Origin: Spirogloea muscicola
Lineage: Eukaryota
Reading direction: 5' to 3'
Assembly: GCA_009602725.1 (NCBI GenBank)
Contig: WELB01000015.1
Span: forward strand, 441,821-503,827
DNA: 62,007 nucleotides
The notes under the pieces were generated by a model that worked only from the letters and a program-made list of their open reading frames with translations, ran no database searches and was not told where the DNA came from. Position numbers and translations under genes: made by a program. Below, piece by piece: positions 34,705 to 47,391 of the stretch (positions within the stretch are counted from its first letter, which is position 1; every line of letters starts with the position of its first letter).

Positions 34705-37050
34705 TCAGGGGTCTCTGGGAGGCACGTCTCAAGGCCCACCGTCGAGAAGGCGGGCCCCAACAAGGGGATACTAGTACGAGGGCAGGCCACGCGGCTCCCT
34801 TCTGGAAGCGGCGGGTGTCCTGTGGCGCGGCGCCGTCTAGCGGCGCCGCCAGGCGGCGCGGCCTAGCGGCGCCGCTCTGCGCGTCACAGGTGCGTCGCGG
34901 CGTCGTAGGCGCGCCACACGTGTCTTGGCGGCCGGCTCGGGAACCCGCCGAGGATCTCCACTCTGGGAGCCCATTATGCGCTGCCGCTTCTAGAGGCGGC
35001 GCGCCTGCACGTCACATCGTCAGCAGGCGTGTCACACCGCGCGCGTCGCTCACACGGTGTACGCGCGTCGCACGCGTCAGTTGCGTGCGCGTCATGGGTT
35101 ACACGTTCGCGCTTAAATCGAAGTTAAGCAATTTGTAACGGCGGGGACGTTACATCCCTCCCCACGTAGATGTTTACGTCCTCGGGAACAAGGATAGAAG
35201 AGCACAAACCCGAAGACATTGAATTCGACGGGGCCGTGTTGTACTATGACGCAAAGGGGAACGCCCTTCTGCAAGATACTTAGAAGAACGGCGCGACAAT
35301 GAGCATGATTGGCCGCCGGTTTTCACGTATTGTGCTTAAGCCCACAGCCCAGCCACTTTACAAGGTAGTCTCGGGACTTACGTCTCCCGGAGTTTGTCGG
35401 GGTGAGACAAGATCTCCTCCACCTCAAACTCCTTATTATCCGCAACGACTAGGGGAGGTGCGGGCGGTTGATAACGGCCATCTGAATGGAATGGCTCGAG
35501 CTGGGACACATGAATTACCTTGTAAATTTTCCATTGTATCTGTGTATCCAGCTCATATGCGAGCAGACCGACCCGGCGCACTACACGATAGGGTCCAACC
35601 CATTTTTGGCTGCAACTTAGGCGTACATACAGCCTGCAAGGAGAGGTGCTTTGTACTGAAGAGCACTTGAGCACCCACGTCGAAGGATATATCTCGACGA
35701 CGGCGATCAGCATAAGCCTTTTACCGTTGCTGGGCAATCTCCATGCATTGCCTAGCCCTCCGCTGAGACTCCAGGAGGTGACCCGTAAAGGTTACTGCGG
35801 CCGGCACGCGTTCCGGCCTCCCCAACTGTAAAGGTGCCCGAAGATGCTGACCGTAGTTGAGGAAGAATGGGGTGTTTTCGGTTGACTCATGAAAGGCGTT
35901 GTTCATAGCATATTCCGCTGGAGCAAGATACTCATACCAGTCAGTTTGGCTGGGATTTACAAAGTACTGTAACATGTCTTCCAATACCCGATTCATCCTT
36001 TCTGTCTGACCATCCGTTTGGGGGTTGAAGGCCGTGGACATGGATTGTTGGGTGCCAATCAGCCTGCACACCTCGCGCCAGAAGTAACCCGTGAAGCGAG
36101 AGTCGCGATCAGACACGATCCGCTCGGGCACTCCGTGCAGTTTCCATACACGGTCCACGAAGACACCAGCAGAATACTTAGTGGGACACTGTGGTGGTCG
36201 TAGACACAGAATGCACCAATTTTACTCAGACGATCCACAAACACAACAATGGCGTCATAGCCTTTTCGCGTCTTGGGAAGCTGGGTGATAAAATCCACAC
36301 TGACATCAGACCAGTTCCGCGGAGGAATATCCAAAGGTTGGAGCAGTCCGGCAGGCTTGTGAGAGAAGTGGCACTCCCAATGGGGGCAAGGGCTGCGAAA
36401 AGCCAGCCCAAAAAGAATTCACAAAGGTTCAGAGGGGCCTAAGAGCGGTGAGCAGCTACAAAGGGGCCTGAGGATGCTATGGTAAAACAGGGGGAGGATA
36501 GATCACTCAGTACGTACGAGTGAGGAGCCTCAGATCCGACAGTGAGAGTGTGCCTTGCTACGCTGGCAGGTGCCGCAAGTCTCACAAAATAATGGACCTG
36601 GGCTCTCAAGCGGGGCCATCAAAAGAGAAGCTGAATAGCTTTCTTTGTCTTTCCCGTACCCGAATGACCACTATATGGTGGCTCATGCATCTCTCGCATG
36701 ATTGTACCTCGTAGGGCATTGCAGTCAGGAACTACAATGACGTCCCCTTGCCACCAGAAATCTTGGTCAGACACTAGTGTGCGTGTATTGGTTGCGTCTG
36801 CAATCCACGGGTCGGTGCAATACCCATCACCAATATGCACATAGAATTCAGAGAGGTTGGCGGTGGACTGCCGCGCAGCTCCACGAGTAGGCCGCACGTC
36901 TGCGGTCTGAACCCCTGAAGCGTGGAAGACAGCCAGCACATCAGCCTCTGCAATATTGCCGCTCACCAGGTCCGCAACATTCATTCTTCCAGGGCGGTAC
37001 ACCCACTGGAAATGGAATGCGACCAAACGCTCTGCCCACCTTGCTTGGCG
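34705..37050 (-). mobile_element. Chromovirus 3' half: RNase H end, integrase, chromodomain, PPT and partial A-type 3' LTR (34705-35154)
   Basis: [66 protein letters not shown] before TGTAACGTCC on the minus strand. Confidence 0.88.
36366..36541 (-). mobile_element. RLE-type non-LTR element, 3' end only (176 bp)
   Basis: Homologous to 47392-47560; TSD GTGAGAG (36359-36365 and 36542-36548) inside an integrase gene. Confidence 0.85.
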
Positions 37051-37054
37051 ACTC

Positions 37055-37942
37055 TTAAATGCTACGGGCTGAGGGAGTTCGGAAGTCGAAGCCAGAGAGA
37101 GGCGCAGCCCTAGTGCTGCCTGCTGCCGCAGCCCGGCGCCTCCAGCTACCGGCGCGTTACGAGGCGTCCGTGGCCGGTCCTTGGTGGATCAGGTGCGGGC
37201 TGGTGCCCAGGAGGTGGAGACGCTGCCCGACGGCAGCGCCACAGCGGCAGTGTAGAGCATCTCGCCCGACACCAGCAGGAGGGTGAGTCGTCCTTCCTAT
37301 GTTCGGCTGTAGGGGGTTTAGGTACCAACCCACTACACGAGTGAAGTACAGCGCATAGGCGCAGCGGAAGACAGGCCCTGTGGCGCCGCCGTCCGGCAGC
37401 GACTCCACCTCCTGGGCGCGAGCCGGCGGCTGTTCCCAAAGGACGCCAGCCGCGGACTCCCCGCAGCAAGCCCCGCAGCAGGCTGCGGCGGCGGCTGCTT
37501 CCTAGGCTTCACAGGTCCAAACTCCTGTCGGGTCTCAGCCCAAGGCTCGTAGTGCTTCCCCCGTGCCACCCTCCCTCCAGGGGTGTGAGCGGGCCGCCCC
37601 ATGGCCTGCCTTGTGGCGGGCCAAAGATCCTCCCTTCAACGGGTGGATCCTAGCGAGGGTTATCTCTGAAAGGGCGGGGCCGCACCTGGGCGGGCCACTT
37701 GCCCGGCCAGTCAGCCCGCCGCCTGGCGGGCTGCTTGCCGACGAACGGCAAGCGGTCTTGTAACGCTGACAGCACCGTGTGGCTTACCCTAACGGCTAAA
37801 TCGATACAGGCAGGGCCAAGACTTCCGCTGCGCAGACGCGCGAGTGCTTCTTCATGTAGGGGACTTGCTCCTAAACCCCTTCGTCTGAATCCAATAAGGA
37901 CCTGGTCACTTAATAGCCTGTGTACAAGGTCGGGTCGTTACA
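37055..37942 (+). mobile_element. 3' part of a B-like LTR, interrupted by a C LTR
   Basis: Similar to 21720-22015; ends GGGTCGTTACA. Confidence 0.7.
37251..37808 (-). mobile_element. Solo LTR, family C
   Basis: TG...CA termini; TSD GGCAG. Confidence 0.88.
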
Positions 37943-37999
37943 GCCTCATTCTTGGCGTCACTGGTCCGACTGATGAGTCTGGCCTTGGACTACTACTAA

Positions 38000-38408
38000 T
38001 AGCGTTCCACCTGGCACCCGTCCCCCGAGGGTGTGACGAGAGTAGCCCCAAGGTCCTCCCCAGGAGGAATGCGTGTGCTAGGGGAGGGGTGGACCCGACA
38101 ATGGGGATACGGGATCCAGGGGACTGGCTCATTGACTGCCGGACGCTACCGCTTGCAGCGAATCAGCGCGTGGTGGAGAGGGTAAGGCTCCAGGGCGATA
38201 GCCGCTTGCAAAACAGCGCCCACCGACAGAATTACAATTCCTGCGTGCAGCGAAGCAACGCCTCCCGGGCAGTAGGACTCCCGCGGGGTGCTACGTGCAC
38301 CGCGCCGAACGATGCCACGTGTACGCGCGGTACGAATCCCCGTGGCCTCGGACCGTACTTGAAGTTACTGGTACCGTTTGGTACTCCCAAACGGGAGGGG
38401 ACGTTACA
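38000..38408 (-). mobile_element. 5' part of an E-like LTR
   Basis: On the minus strand it starts TGTAACGTCCCCTCCCGTTTGG and shares AAGTACGGTCCGAGGCC with 48882. Confidence 0.65.
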
Positions 38409-39390
38409 CCTGGTTTATCCACCCGGTTTGGCCTTGCCTCTATTTGAAGTCGTATGTTGACACGCCACTTTGATAGGCATTGGTGCCGTTCTCTTGCAGA
38501 GGGTTCACCCCGTAGCATTTGAAGCTAGCCTGCTTGTCCTGCAGAGCGTAACTACGCTACAGGGAGCAAGAGCTTCTTGCTGTTGTGCACGCCCTATGCG
38601 TGTGGCGATGCATTCTCGAGGGTGCTGACTATACGGTTGTCACGGTTCATTGCCCGTTGACCTACTTTCACACACAACAGCAGTTGAGCAGGCGTCAAGC
38701 ACGGTGGGCTAAGTGCATGGCCAGATTTCGGTTCCAGTGGGTGTACCGCCCAGGAAGTAAGGATGTTGCGGACCCAGTGACCCGCAACATCTGCAGGGGC
38801 TGCTGTGGCGGCTGTCTTGTACGCTTTAAGGGTGCAGACCGCAGACGTGCGGCCTACTCGTGGAGCTGCTCGGCAGTCCACCGCCAAGCTCTCTGAGCTG
38901 TATGTGCGTATTCGTGAGAAGTATGGTACAGACCCATGGTTGTAAGTGAAACCAATACACGCACACTTGTAAATGACCAAGGCTTCTGGTAACAAGGTGA
39001 CGCCATTAGAGTCCCCAACTGCAATGCCTTGCGCAGCAGTATCATGCAAGAGCTGCATGACCCTCCGTATAGTGGTCATTTGGGAATGGGAAGGACAAAG
39101 AAAGGTCTACAGCTTCTCTTTTGGTGGCCGAACTAGAAAGCCCAACTGTAGTCTTTTGTGAATACTTGTGCCACCTGCCAGCGCACTATGGCACGTTCTT
39201 ATAAGCCTGCCGGGTTGCGTCAATCGTTGCGAATTTTTCCGAGGAGCGGGTCTGTTGTAAGTGTGAGTTCATTTCCCGGTTGCGGATGACGCGGAACGGC
39301 TGTGACGCCATTGTCGTGTTTGTGGATCGTCTGAGTGAGACGGCGCATTTTGTGCATACGAACACAAAGGTGTCAGCCAAAGAATTGGCT
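38409..39390 (+). pseudogene. Ty3 RNase H-integrase remnant
   Basis: Collinear with 11480-12450 (HCPLTYFHTQQQLSRRQARW; VFVDRLS); contains stops. Confidence 0.85.
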
Positions 39391-39777
39391 TCTCACGACC
39401 CCAAGTTTGTGAGCGCCAAACAGTGTTATTGATAACGCTTACATGGTGTTCGAATAATTGTGGGCAAGTTTCCCAGATCTTACCCAGGCCTTTTGACGGT
39501 TGGCCCCTTGCCGGACGGTACGAAGCGCCCTGGCACTCGTGCTGTTGTCGTTCCGTCCAGGCTCGTCCGGGTGGCCTCGCATGCTCCCGTCATGCTCGGC
39601 CCAGGCACGCTTGGCGGCATGCGTGGGCCCCGGACGCCCCCGGCAGCATGTTCGGGCGCGGCCATGCTCGGCCATGCCCGGCCTCGGCCATGCCTGGCGG
39701 CATGCTCTTCCGCGGCCATGCTCGGAGCCATGGCACCTGCTGGAGACAGCTCAGTCTGGACGGGGAAGCCAGAGAGA

Positions 39778-39890
39778 AATAAACGAATGCGGCTGCTGAT
39801 ACACGAGCGGCTGTAAAAGGCCAGCCAGATGCATACAGGTACTCATGACAGAGCCACAAGCTAGGCAGACAGGGCGTTCTTAGTACCCCC
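39778..39890 (-). mobile_element. RLE-type non-LTR element, 3'UTR only
   Basis: Reverse complement matches 8557-8670; flanked by GAGAGA on both sides within an LTR-core fragment. Confidence 0.75.
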
Positions 39891-39953
39891 GAGAGATAGA
39901 GGCGCAGCCCTGCTGCTGCCTGCTGCTGCAGCCCATCGCCGGCAGGACGCTGC

Positions 39954-41820
39954 TGTCGTGAATCCTCGCCCTACACATGCAGTGAGGGCGAGCAGTCCTT
40001 TTTGGGTTCGGCCTCAGAGTATTTAGGGGCCAACCCACTACAGTGAGGCACTAGCGCAAAGGCGCAGCGGAAGATAGGCCCCGTGGCGCCGCCGTCCGGC
40101 GGCGACTCCACCTCCTGGGCGCAGGCCGGCGCAGCAGGCCCCGCAGCGGAGTGCGGCGGCAGCTGCGGCGGCGAGCAGCGGCAAGGCTGCTCTGGGCTTC
40201 ACTGGCTTGAACTGTCCGTTTAGCCTCAGCCCCCAAGGCTCTTTGTGCTTTCCCGTGCCACCCCCCCTTCCAGGGGAGTGAGCGGGTCGCCCCAAGGCCA
40301 GCCTTGCGGCGGACCCAAGATCCTCCGTTTGAACGGGCGATCATCAAGGGGTATTTTGCATGGCGGGAACCCCCCCTCCGGGCGGGCCCTTGCGCGGCAA
40401 GCCGGCCCGCCGAGCGGGCCCTTGCGTGCCAAGCCGGCCCGCCACCTGGCGGCACACTTGTCCCAAATAGTCGGTCATGTAATGCCATCAGAGCTGTGAC
40501 GTTCCTGACCCTTAAGAGCACAGTCAGGGGTCAGTAAGTCCTTATTGATTTCGGTCGCTGGGGTTCAGAGACAAACCCCCAGCACAAAGAAGCACCACGT
40601 GTACTACGCAGTGGAACACCTTGCCCTGAGGCGCCCCCGACAGGCGGCGACTCACCTCTCAGGTACGGGCCAGCAACTGTCCCCAGTGGGAGCAGCCACA
40701 GTCTACTTACAGGAGAGCCGATGAAGATCCGCAGCGACGGGTTGCGGCGTCGGGCTGCAGCAGCAGGCAGCAGCAGGCCTGCGTGGACGAAATGCGGCAG
40801 CAGGCGGCAGCAGGGCTGCGCGCCTCTCTCTCGCGTGAGCGTCACTGACTTGGACCGATTACCCTGAGCCTGGTCTCAGCCCTACTTGTAGTGCTTCATG
40901 TGCCACCCTCCCCAGGGGTCTCTGGGAGGTTCGTCTCAGGGCCCACCTCGGGGAGGTGGGCCCGACTAGGGGAATCTAGTACGTGGCCAGGCCACGCGGC
41001 TTCCTTCTGGAAGTGGCGGCCAGTGGCGGCCAGCCTGCGGCGCCGCCGAGCGGCGGCGCCCTGCGGCGCCGGCTTGCGGCGCCGCCAGTGCGTCACGAGT
41101 GTGGCGCGGCGTCACGGGCGCGCCACACGTGTTCATACACGTCATTACGGGTGTGTCGGCAGATACCAGAATCTGCCGAGGAGCTTCTCTCCGGAGGTAC
41201 GGGATTGGCCACCTCTGCTGGAGGCGGCCGCGCCTGCACGTCACATCGTCAGCAGGCGCGTCACACCGCGCGACACTTGCGCGGGTCGCTCGCGCGTCGC
41301 ACGCGTCAGGCACGTGCGCGTCAGTGGTTACACGGTTGCGCTTAACTCGGAGTTAAGCGTCCCGTAACGGCGGGGACGTTACAAGAGCCATGTGGCTTAA
41401 CCACACGGCTGGTTCATTACAATACCTCCCCACTTTGATGTTCACGTCCTCGGGAACCTCGAGAGAACAACCGACAGGCTTTACGCCAGGCGACTGCTGA
41501 CTCTACCAAGCCTCGGAGCATTACCAACCTTGGCCAGGTATTCCCTGAGAGCATCTGGGCAATTTGCCAAATTGGCCGCAGGCTCCCACGTGTTGTGCTC
41601 AGGCCCATACCCGAGCCACTTCACCAAATACTCACGGGTCTTGCGCCCTCGAGGCTTGTCCCTGTGAGACAAGATCTCCTCCACCTCAAACTCAAGATCA
41701 TCCTCGACCAGTAGTGGAGGTGGGGGCGGTTGGACACGACCATCCGAAAGGAAGGCCCTCAGCTGAAACACATGGAAGACATTATGGGCCTTCCAATGCA
41801 ACGGTGTCTTCAGCTCGTAC
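39954..41820 (-). mobile_element. Family C 3' LTR (39954-41421) with PPT and chromodomain-coding end of pol
   Basis: AGTGGGGAGGTAT precedes TGTAATGAA on the minus strand; EFEVEEILSHR..EYLVKWLGYGPEHNTWEP. Confidence 0.88.
40495..41383 (-). mobile_element. Solo LTR, family A
   Basis: TGTGACGT...ACGTTACA; TSD AGAGC. Confidence 0.93.
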
Positions 41821-43540
41821 TGTAGAGAAGCTCGCCCTACACACGCAGTAAGGTTGAGCTGTCCTTATTGAGTTCGGCTGTAGGGGTTTTAGGGACCAAC
41901 CCATTATACAGGCAAAGCACTAGCACATAGGCGCAGCGGAAGACAGGCCCTGTGGCGCCGCCGTCCGGCGGCAACTCCACCTCCTGGGCGCAGGTCGGCG
42001 CAGGGCCCCGCAGCAAGGTGCGGCGGCGGCTGCGGCGGGCGAGCAGCGCAAAGCTTCTCCTGGGCCTCCCAGGTTCGAACGCCCTCGAGCCTCTGCCCCA
42101 AGGCTCCTCGTGCTTCCCCGTGCCAACCCCCCTCCGGGGGTGTGAGCGGGTCGCCTCATGGTCCGCATGGCGGCGAGCCAAAGATTTTCCCTTAAACGGA
42201 TGGATCCTGGCGAGGGGTATCTCTGGACGGGCGGGGCCCGCACCTGGGCGGGCCACTTGCCCGGCAAGCCAGCCCGCCACCTGGCGGGCCAATTGTCCCA
42301 AATGGCCGGTCACGTTGGCAATGCCAACAGAATCGTGTGGCTAAACAAACGGCTGGATCATTACATACTTTCCCACTCTGGTGCTCACGTGCTCGGAAAC
42401 AAAAGAGAACAGTCGACAGATATCAAGATGCCCTACGAAAGCTGCCTTGACCAAGCCTGGGAGGACTATCACCCTTGGCCAGGTATTCCTTGAGAGCATC
42501 TGGACAACAGGCTCCCACGTGTTGTGCTCAGGCCCATACCGGGCCACTGCACCAGATTCTCACGGGTCTTACGCCCTCGGAATCTGTCCCTGTGAGACAA
42601 GATCTCTTCCCCTCGAATTCAAGATCATCCTCGATCAGGTAGCGGAGGTAGGGGCAGTTGGACACGGCATCCGAAAGAAAGGCCCTCAGCTGAGACACAT
42701 GGAAAACTTCATGGACCTTCCAATGCACCGGTGTCTTCAGCTCGTAGGACACCTTGCCCACAAGGCGTACTGCTGCAATTGGTCCAACCCACTTGGGCAG
42801 CAACTTGCGCCAACCACAGCCCGCAAGGATAACTGCTTCGTGCTCAGCAGCACTTGCGCACCAACATCGAAAGACACGTCCTTCCAATGTTGGTCAGGAT
42901 AAGCCTTCGACTCTGGGCAAATTCCAAGAAATGCCGAGCTCATCTCTGAGCCTCCAAAAGGGTCTCTTAGTAAAGGCTACCGCGGCGGGAACTCATTCCG
43001 GCCTCCCCACCCGAAGTGGAGCTCGGGGTTGCTGACCATAGCTGAGGAAGAATGGAGTCTCCTTTGTGGACGCATGATAGGCATTGTTCACAGCATAATC
43101 AGCTGGAGCCAATACTCATCCTAGCCAGTCTGGCTGGGACTGATAAAGCGCCTCAGCATGTCCTCGAGAGCCCGGTTTATTTTCTCTGTTCGGCCATCTG
43201 TTTGCGGATGCAAGGGCTGTGGAAAGGGCCTGCTTCGTGCCAATAAGCTTTGCAAATCTCCTTCCAGAAGTGACCGGTAAAGCGAGGATCGCGGTCCGAG
43301 ACCGGCCTCTCAGGCACCCCATGCAGCTTCAACACCGTGTCCAAAAAATTGCCGGCGAAATTCTTCGCTGATGCCCGCGTAGTCGTGGGAGCAAAATGCA
43401 CCATCTTACTCAGACGATCCACAAAGCCGACAATGGCATCATAGCCGTTCCGCGCTTAGTCAATCGTGTGAAAAAGTCACACTTACATCAGACCAATTCC
43501 GCTTCGGAATTTGCAAGGGCTGAAGAAATCCGGCAGGCTT
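41821..43540 (-). mobile_element. Family C 3' LTR (41821-42365) with PPT, chromodomain and integrase remnant
   Basis: AGTGGGAAAGTA precedes TGTAATGA on the minus strand; DRLSKMVHFAPT, LHGVPE, LLPKWVGP, YGPEHNTWEP. Confidence 0.85.
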
Positions 43541-44503
43541 GCTAGAGCGCAATTATACTACGGGAGAGCAAGAGCTCTTGGCTGTTGTGCACGCCCGCAT
43601 GTGTGGCGCTGTTATGTTGAAGGAGTTGAATTCACGGACGTCACGGATATTCCCGTTGACCTATTTGCACGTACAACAGCATCTGAGCCGGCGTCAAACT
43701 CGGCGGGCAGGAAGTGAGGCATCCGTTTCCAGTGGTTGTACCACCCTCAAAGAATCAATGTCGAGGATCCGGTGAGCCCCCACATTGCAGATGCTGATCA
43801 GTGGGCTGCCTTGTGCAATTCAAGAGTTCAAGCCGCAGAGGTGCGTCCTATTCGTGGCGTCTCTTGGCAACCCACCTTCTACCTATTTGAGCTGTACGTG
43901 CGTGTATGTGACAAGTTTGGCACAGACCCCTGCTTTGCTGATGCATCCCATGTTCGCATGGTCAAAGACGACAATGGCTTCTATCGGCAAGGAACGCCAT
44001 CGACATCACGACTGCATTGCCTTGCGCGATAGTAACATGCAGGAGTTGCGACGGGTGTGGTGCCTGCCGTATAGCGCTAAGTAGGCGTCGAGGTACCACA
44101 CCTGGAACACCCCCTACAGGCCAGGACTCTGCTTGGCTAGCAGCAGCCTGCCCTGCATGACCTCACTATAAGGTAAGCAGACATGCAAAGAATGTGGCAA
44201 AAAAGCATCACCACAACTGAAAGGGCGCCTCCTCGCCTTACTCGCTCCTCTCTCACTTGCGCGTGGTCACCCCCGCCGGAGGATCTCTCACCGCTCCGGA
44301 CCCCTGGCTACCCTAGCCTGAAGCGTTGGCCTGCGCGACACGCGCTGCACCCTCCGAACCGTCGACGACGGTTTCGGCGGCAGCGGTGCTTATTCGTTCT
44401 CCTACAGGGGAGTTGCGGAGAAATGGCCTCTCTCTGCCGTACGATATTGTTAAGGCCCCACCCCCGCGAGGCGGGGGTCAAGGCAGTAGGGACTTAGCGT
44501 CCG

Positions 44504-45131
44504 TGTCATGCCCGGGCGCAGAGCGTCGGCGTAGCGTCGGCTGTAAGTGGTTGGGCGGAACCGACCAGGGCTAACCCTGGTCAGATATCTCAGGTAGGAA
44601 GGTGGTATAGGGAACCTCAGCGGGGGTAACCCATGGGGTTGACTCGCTGGGTAGGGCGCGACTCGTATGGGCGGGCCGGAGAGCCCCGGGGCGGTGAGCA
44701 CTAAGACCCTGTACCTACTGCTTTGACCCCCCCTCGCGGGGTGGGCTCTTAAGAGATCGGATGGCGGAGATAGGCCATCTCTCCGCAAGTCCTTCGGTGG
44801 AGAAGGATCCTATCGCCGCCGCCGCAGCCGCCGTCAGGGCTTTGCAAGGGTTTGGCGCGCCGCGCAGGGTACAGGCTCCAGGCCAGCTGGTCAGGAGGCG
44901 GAAGCGGCGAGAGATCCCCCGGCGGGGGTAACACGCAAGCGAGAGGGAGGCGCGAGGTGTTACAGTTCAGGTGTGGTGACTCTTTGCCACGTTCTTTGCA
45001 GGCCTGCTCCTGGTAGTGAGGTCATGCAAGGCAGGCTACTGCTAGCTAACAAAGCAGAGTCCTGGCCAGTAGGCGGAGCTTCAGGTGTGGCACTTCGACG
45101 CATAGTGAGCGCTATACGGGCAGGCACGACA
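44504..45131. mobile_element. Solo LTR, family D, nested in inverted orientation within another D LTR
   Basis: TGTCATGCC...GGCACGACA; 4-bp TSD TCCG; the empty site GACTTAGCGTCCGGCGCC is seen at ~52268. Confidence 0.9.
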
Positions 45132-45213
45132 TCCGGCGCCTCGGGGCTCTCCGGCCCGCCCTTGCGGGTTGCACCCTTCCCAGCGAGTCATTGCACGGCT
45201 TAACCCCGCTGAG

Positions 45214-45951
45214 ACGAAGGGCTCGCCCGTTGAGGAAAGGGGCTGGAGAAAATCAGCCCAAAAAAGAATGAGCAAAGGATGAAAAGGGGCCAGGGAAAGC
45301 ACTAAGAAACACAAGCACAAGAAGACATTAAGCAGCTACGAAGCACTCAGTAACCCCCCGCTAAGCAGCCTCAGGTCAGAGAAACTGGGCTCCTGGAAGC
45401 GGGTCCCCTGGCCAGAGCCAGAGGCAGCAGCGAGGGCTCTTCCGGCACGCAGGTGCAGCGCGCGGCCCATAGACCTCTGCAGCGAGACGGCCAAGCGCAT
45501 GCGGGACACCTGCGCTAGCGACCCGGCTGCATGTAAGTCCACCGGCTCCCCATGGAAGCGGCGGACGATGGCTTGACGTGAGAGCTGGTTGAGCAGCTCG
45601 AGCCACCGAGCGCCCAACGCCCCGTGCGTGTCGATGGCGAGCGGGAAGAACTTGTCTTCCTGCGGGGTTGACCTGCGTATTTGAGCTCCTTGGCCCGAGC
45701 GGCGCAGGCTACCCCATACCCAGCCGTGGTGGCACACTGGGCTGGGTGTGAGCGGTCGTAGGGGTCAGTGGTCACCACGTCAAGGATAAGACGTGGCCCG
45801 CCGGCTGGTGGGGTGGCCACAAGGTCGACGCGACGAGCGTGGAGATCGTCGGCCCGTTGCTGGAGCGGCATGACGGCGGAATTCTCGGCTGCCACCGAGA
45901 AGCCAGTCTCCACAAGGATGCCATGCATCGCATCCCGGAGGCGGTCATGGG
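45214..45951 (-). mobile_element. 5'-truncated RLE-type non-LTR retrotransposon
   Basis: HDRLRDAMH..RRVDLV..LILDV..AKELKY, frameshift, FFPLAIDTHG..LQRS..SDLRLL; TSD CCGCTGAG (45206-45213 and 45952-45959). Confidence 0.88.
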
Positions 45952-46668
45952 CCGCTGAGGGTCCCCCTTCCCCTTGCTACCTCGGTCATCCGACCAGGGT
46001 TAGACCCTGCTCGGTTCCGCCCAACGGCCCTCTAGCCGACGCCACAACGATGCTCTGCGCCCGGGCATGCCACGGCATACAGTGGTCATCTGGGTGTTGG
46101 AAAGACCAAGAAGGCAGTAAGCCGCATGTTCTGATGGCCGGGTTGTTCGGCCCAAGTACACTCCTTTGTGCGGAGTTGTGATGCCAGCGTAGTAAGGCCA
46201 GCCTCCATGAAGCTTGCCGGCTATTTCAAGCATTTGGTGATATCTCAGCCGAATGGGCAGATGTAAACGTCATTTTTTCCACCCACCTGCCTAAGCCGCT
46301 TTTGTTGTCTTTGTTGACCGTCTGAAGGAAATGGTGCATTTTTCTTTTACGACCACCTGGTATCTTGCATAGGAACTAGCTATGAATTTTATGGACCGAG
46401 TATTAGAAGTGCATGGGATTTCCAAACGGGTTGTTTCTGAGAAGTATGCATGCTTGTAGGCACTAAGCAATCCATGTCCACAGCTTGCCAACCCCAAAGT
46501 GACGGTCAAACTGAGACGATGAATCGGGTCTTGGAGGAGATGCTACGGCAGTTTTAGAATTCTAGTAAGAATTACTTGGATGACCACATTGCTCAGGTAG
46601 AGTATGCCGTGAACAAGGCCTGGCATGAGTCCACCAGGAATACACCTTTCCTCCTCAATTACGGTCGG

Positions 46669-47264
46669 TGTAATGATGCAGCCGTTTGGTTATGCCACAC
46701 GGTGCTGTTAGCGTTACATGACCGTTAGCGGCTTCATAAACAAGTGGCCCGTCCAGATGGCGGGCGGGCGGCTTGCCAGGCAAGTGGGCCCGCCCAGGTG
46801 CGGCAACTCCCGACCGTCCTGGACTAACCTCGCCAGGTTCCATCCTGCCCAGGGGGGACCTTCGGCCCGCCGCAAGGGCAGGCCTTGGGGCGACCCGCTC
46901 ACACCCCTGGAGGGCGCGTGGCACGGAGAGCTGTACGAGCCTTGGGCTGAGACCTGAAATCAGTTCGGACCCGTGAAGCCCAGGAGCAGCCTTGCCGCTG
47001 CTCGCCACCGCAGCCGCCGCCGCAGCTTGCTGCGCGGCTCACTGCGGGGAGTCCGTGGCTGCGCCCGTTGAGGGTAAATGGCCATTTACTGGCTGGCGCC
47101 CAGGAGGTGGAGTCGCCGCCGGATGGTGGCGCCACAGGGCCTGTCTTCAGCTGCGCTATGTGCTAGTGCTTTGCCGTGTATTGGGTTGGTCCCTACACCC
47201 CCTACAGCCGAACTTAACAAGGACGACTCACCCTAACTGCGTGTGTAGGGGCGAGTTCACTACA
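46669..47264 (+). mobile_element. Solo LTR, family C
   Basis: TGTAATGA...TCACTACA; TSD GTCGG. Confidence 0.92.
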
Positions 47265-47391
47265 GTCGGCATATGGAGCACCTTCACAGGTGGGGAGGCC
47301 GGAGCGCATCCCGGCCGCCACAGCCTTTACTGGGGTCCTGGAGCTCAGCGGAGGGCCCGGCACTCCGAAAATTGCCCAGCAGCGGCAAAAG

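Larger units (their letters stand above)
44056..46072. mobile_element. Solo LTR, family D (opposite orientation to 2865-3556), containing two insertions
   Basis: TGTGGTGCC...GGCATGCCA; flanks CGGG and CGGC (3 of 4 match). Confidence 0.8.

Noticed and set aside
37965..38005. Hammerhead ribozyme core (CTGATGAG..) suggesting a retrozyme
   Set aside because: No GAAA follows the putative stem II, and the motif is not repeated in other LTRs.
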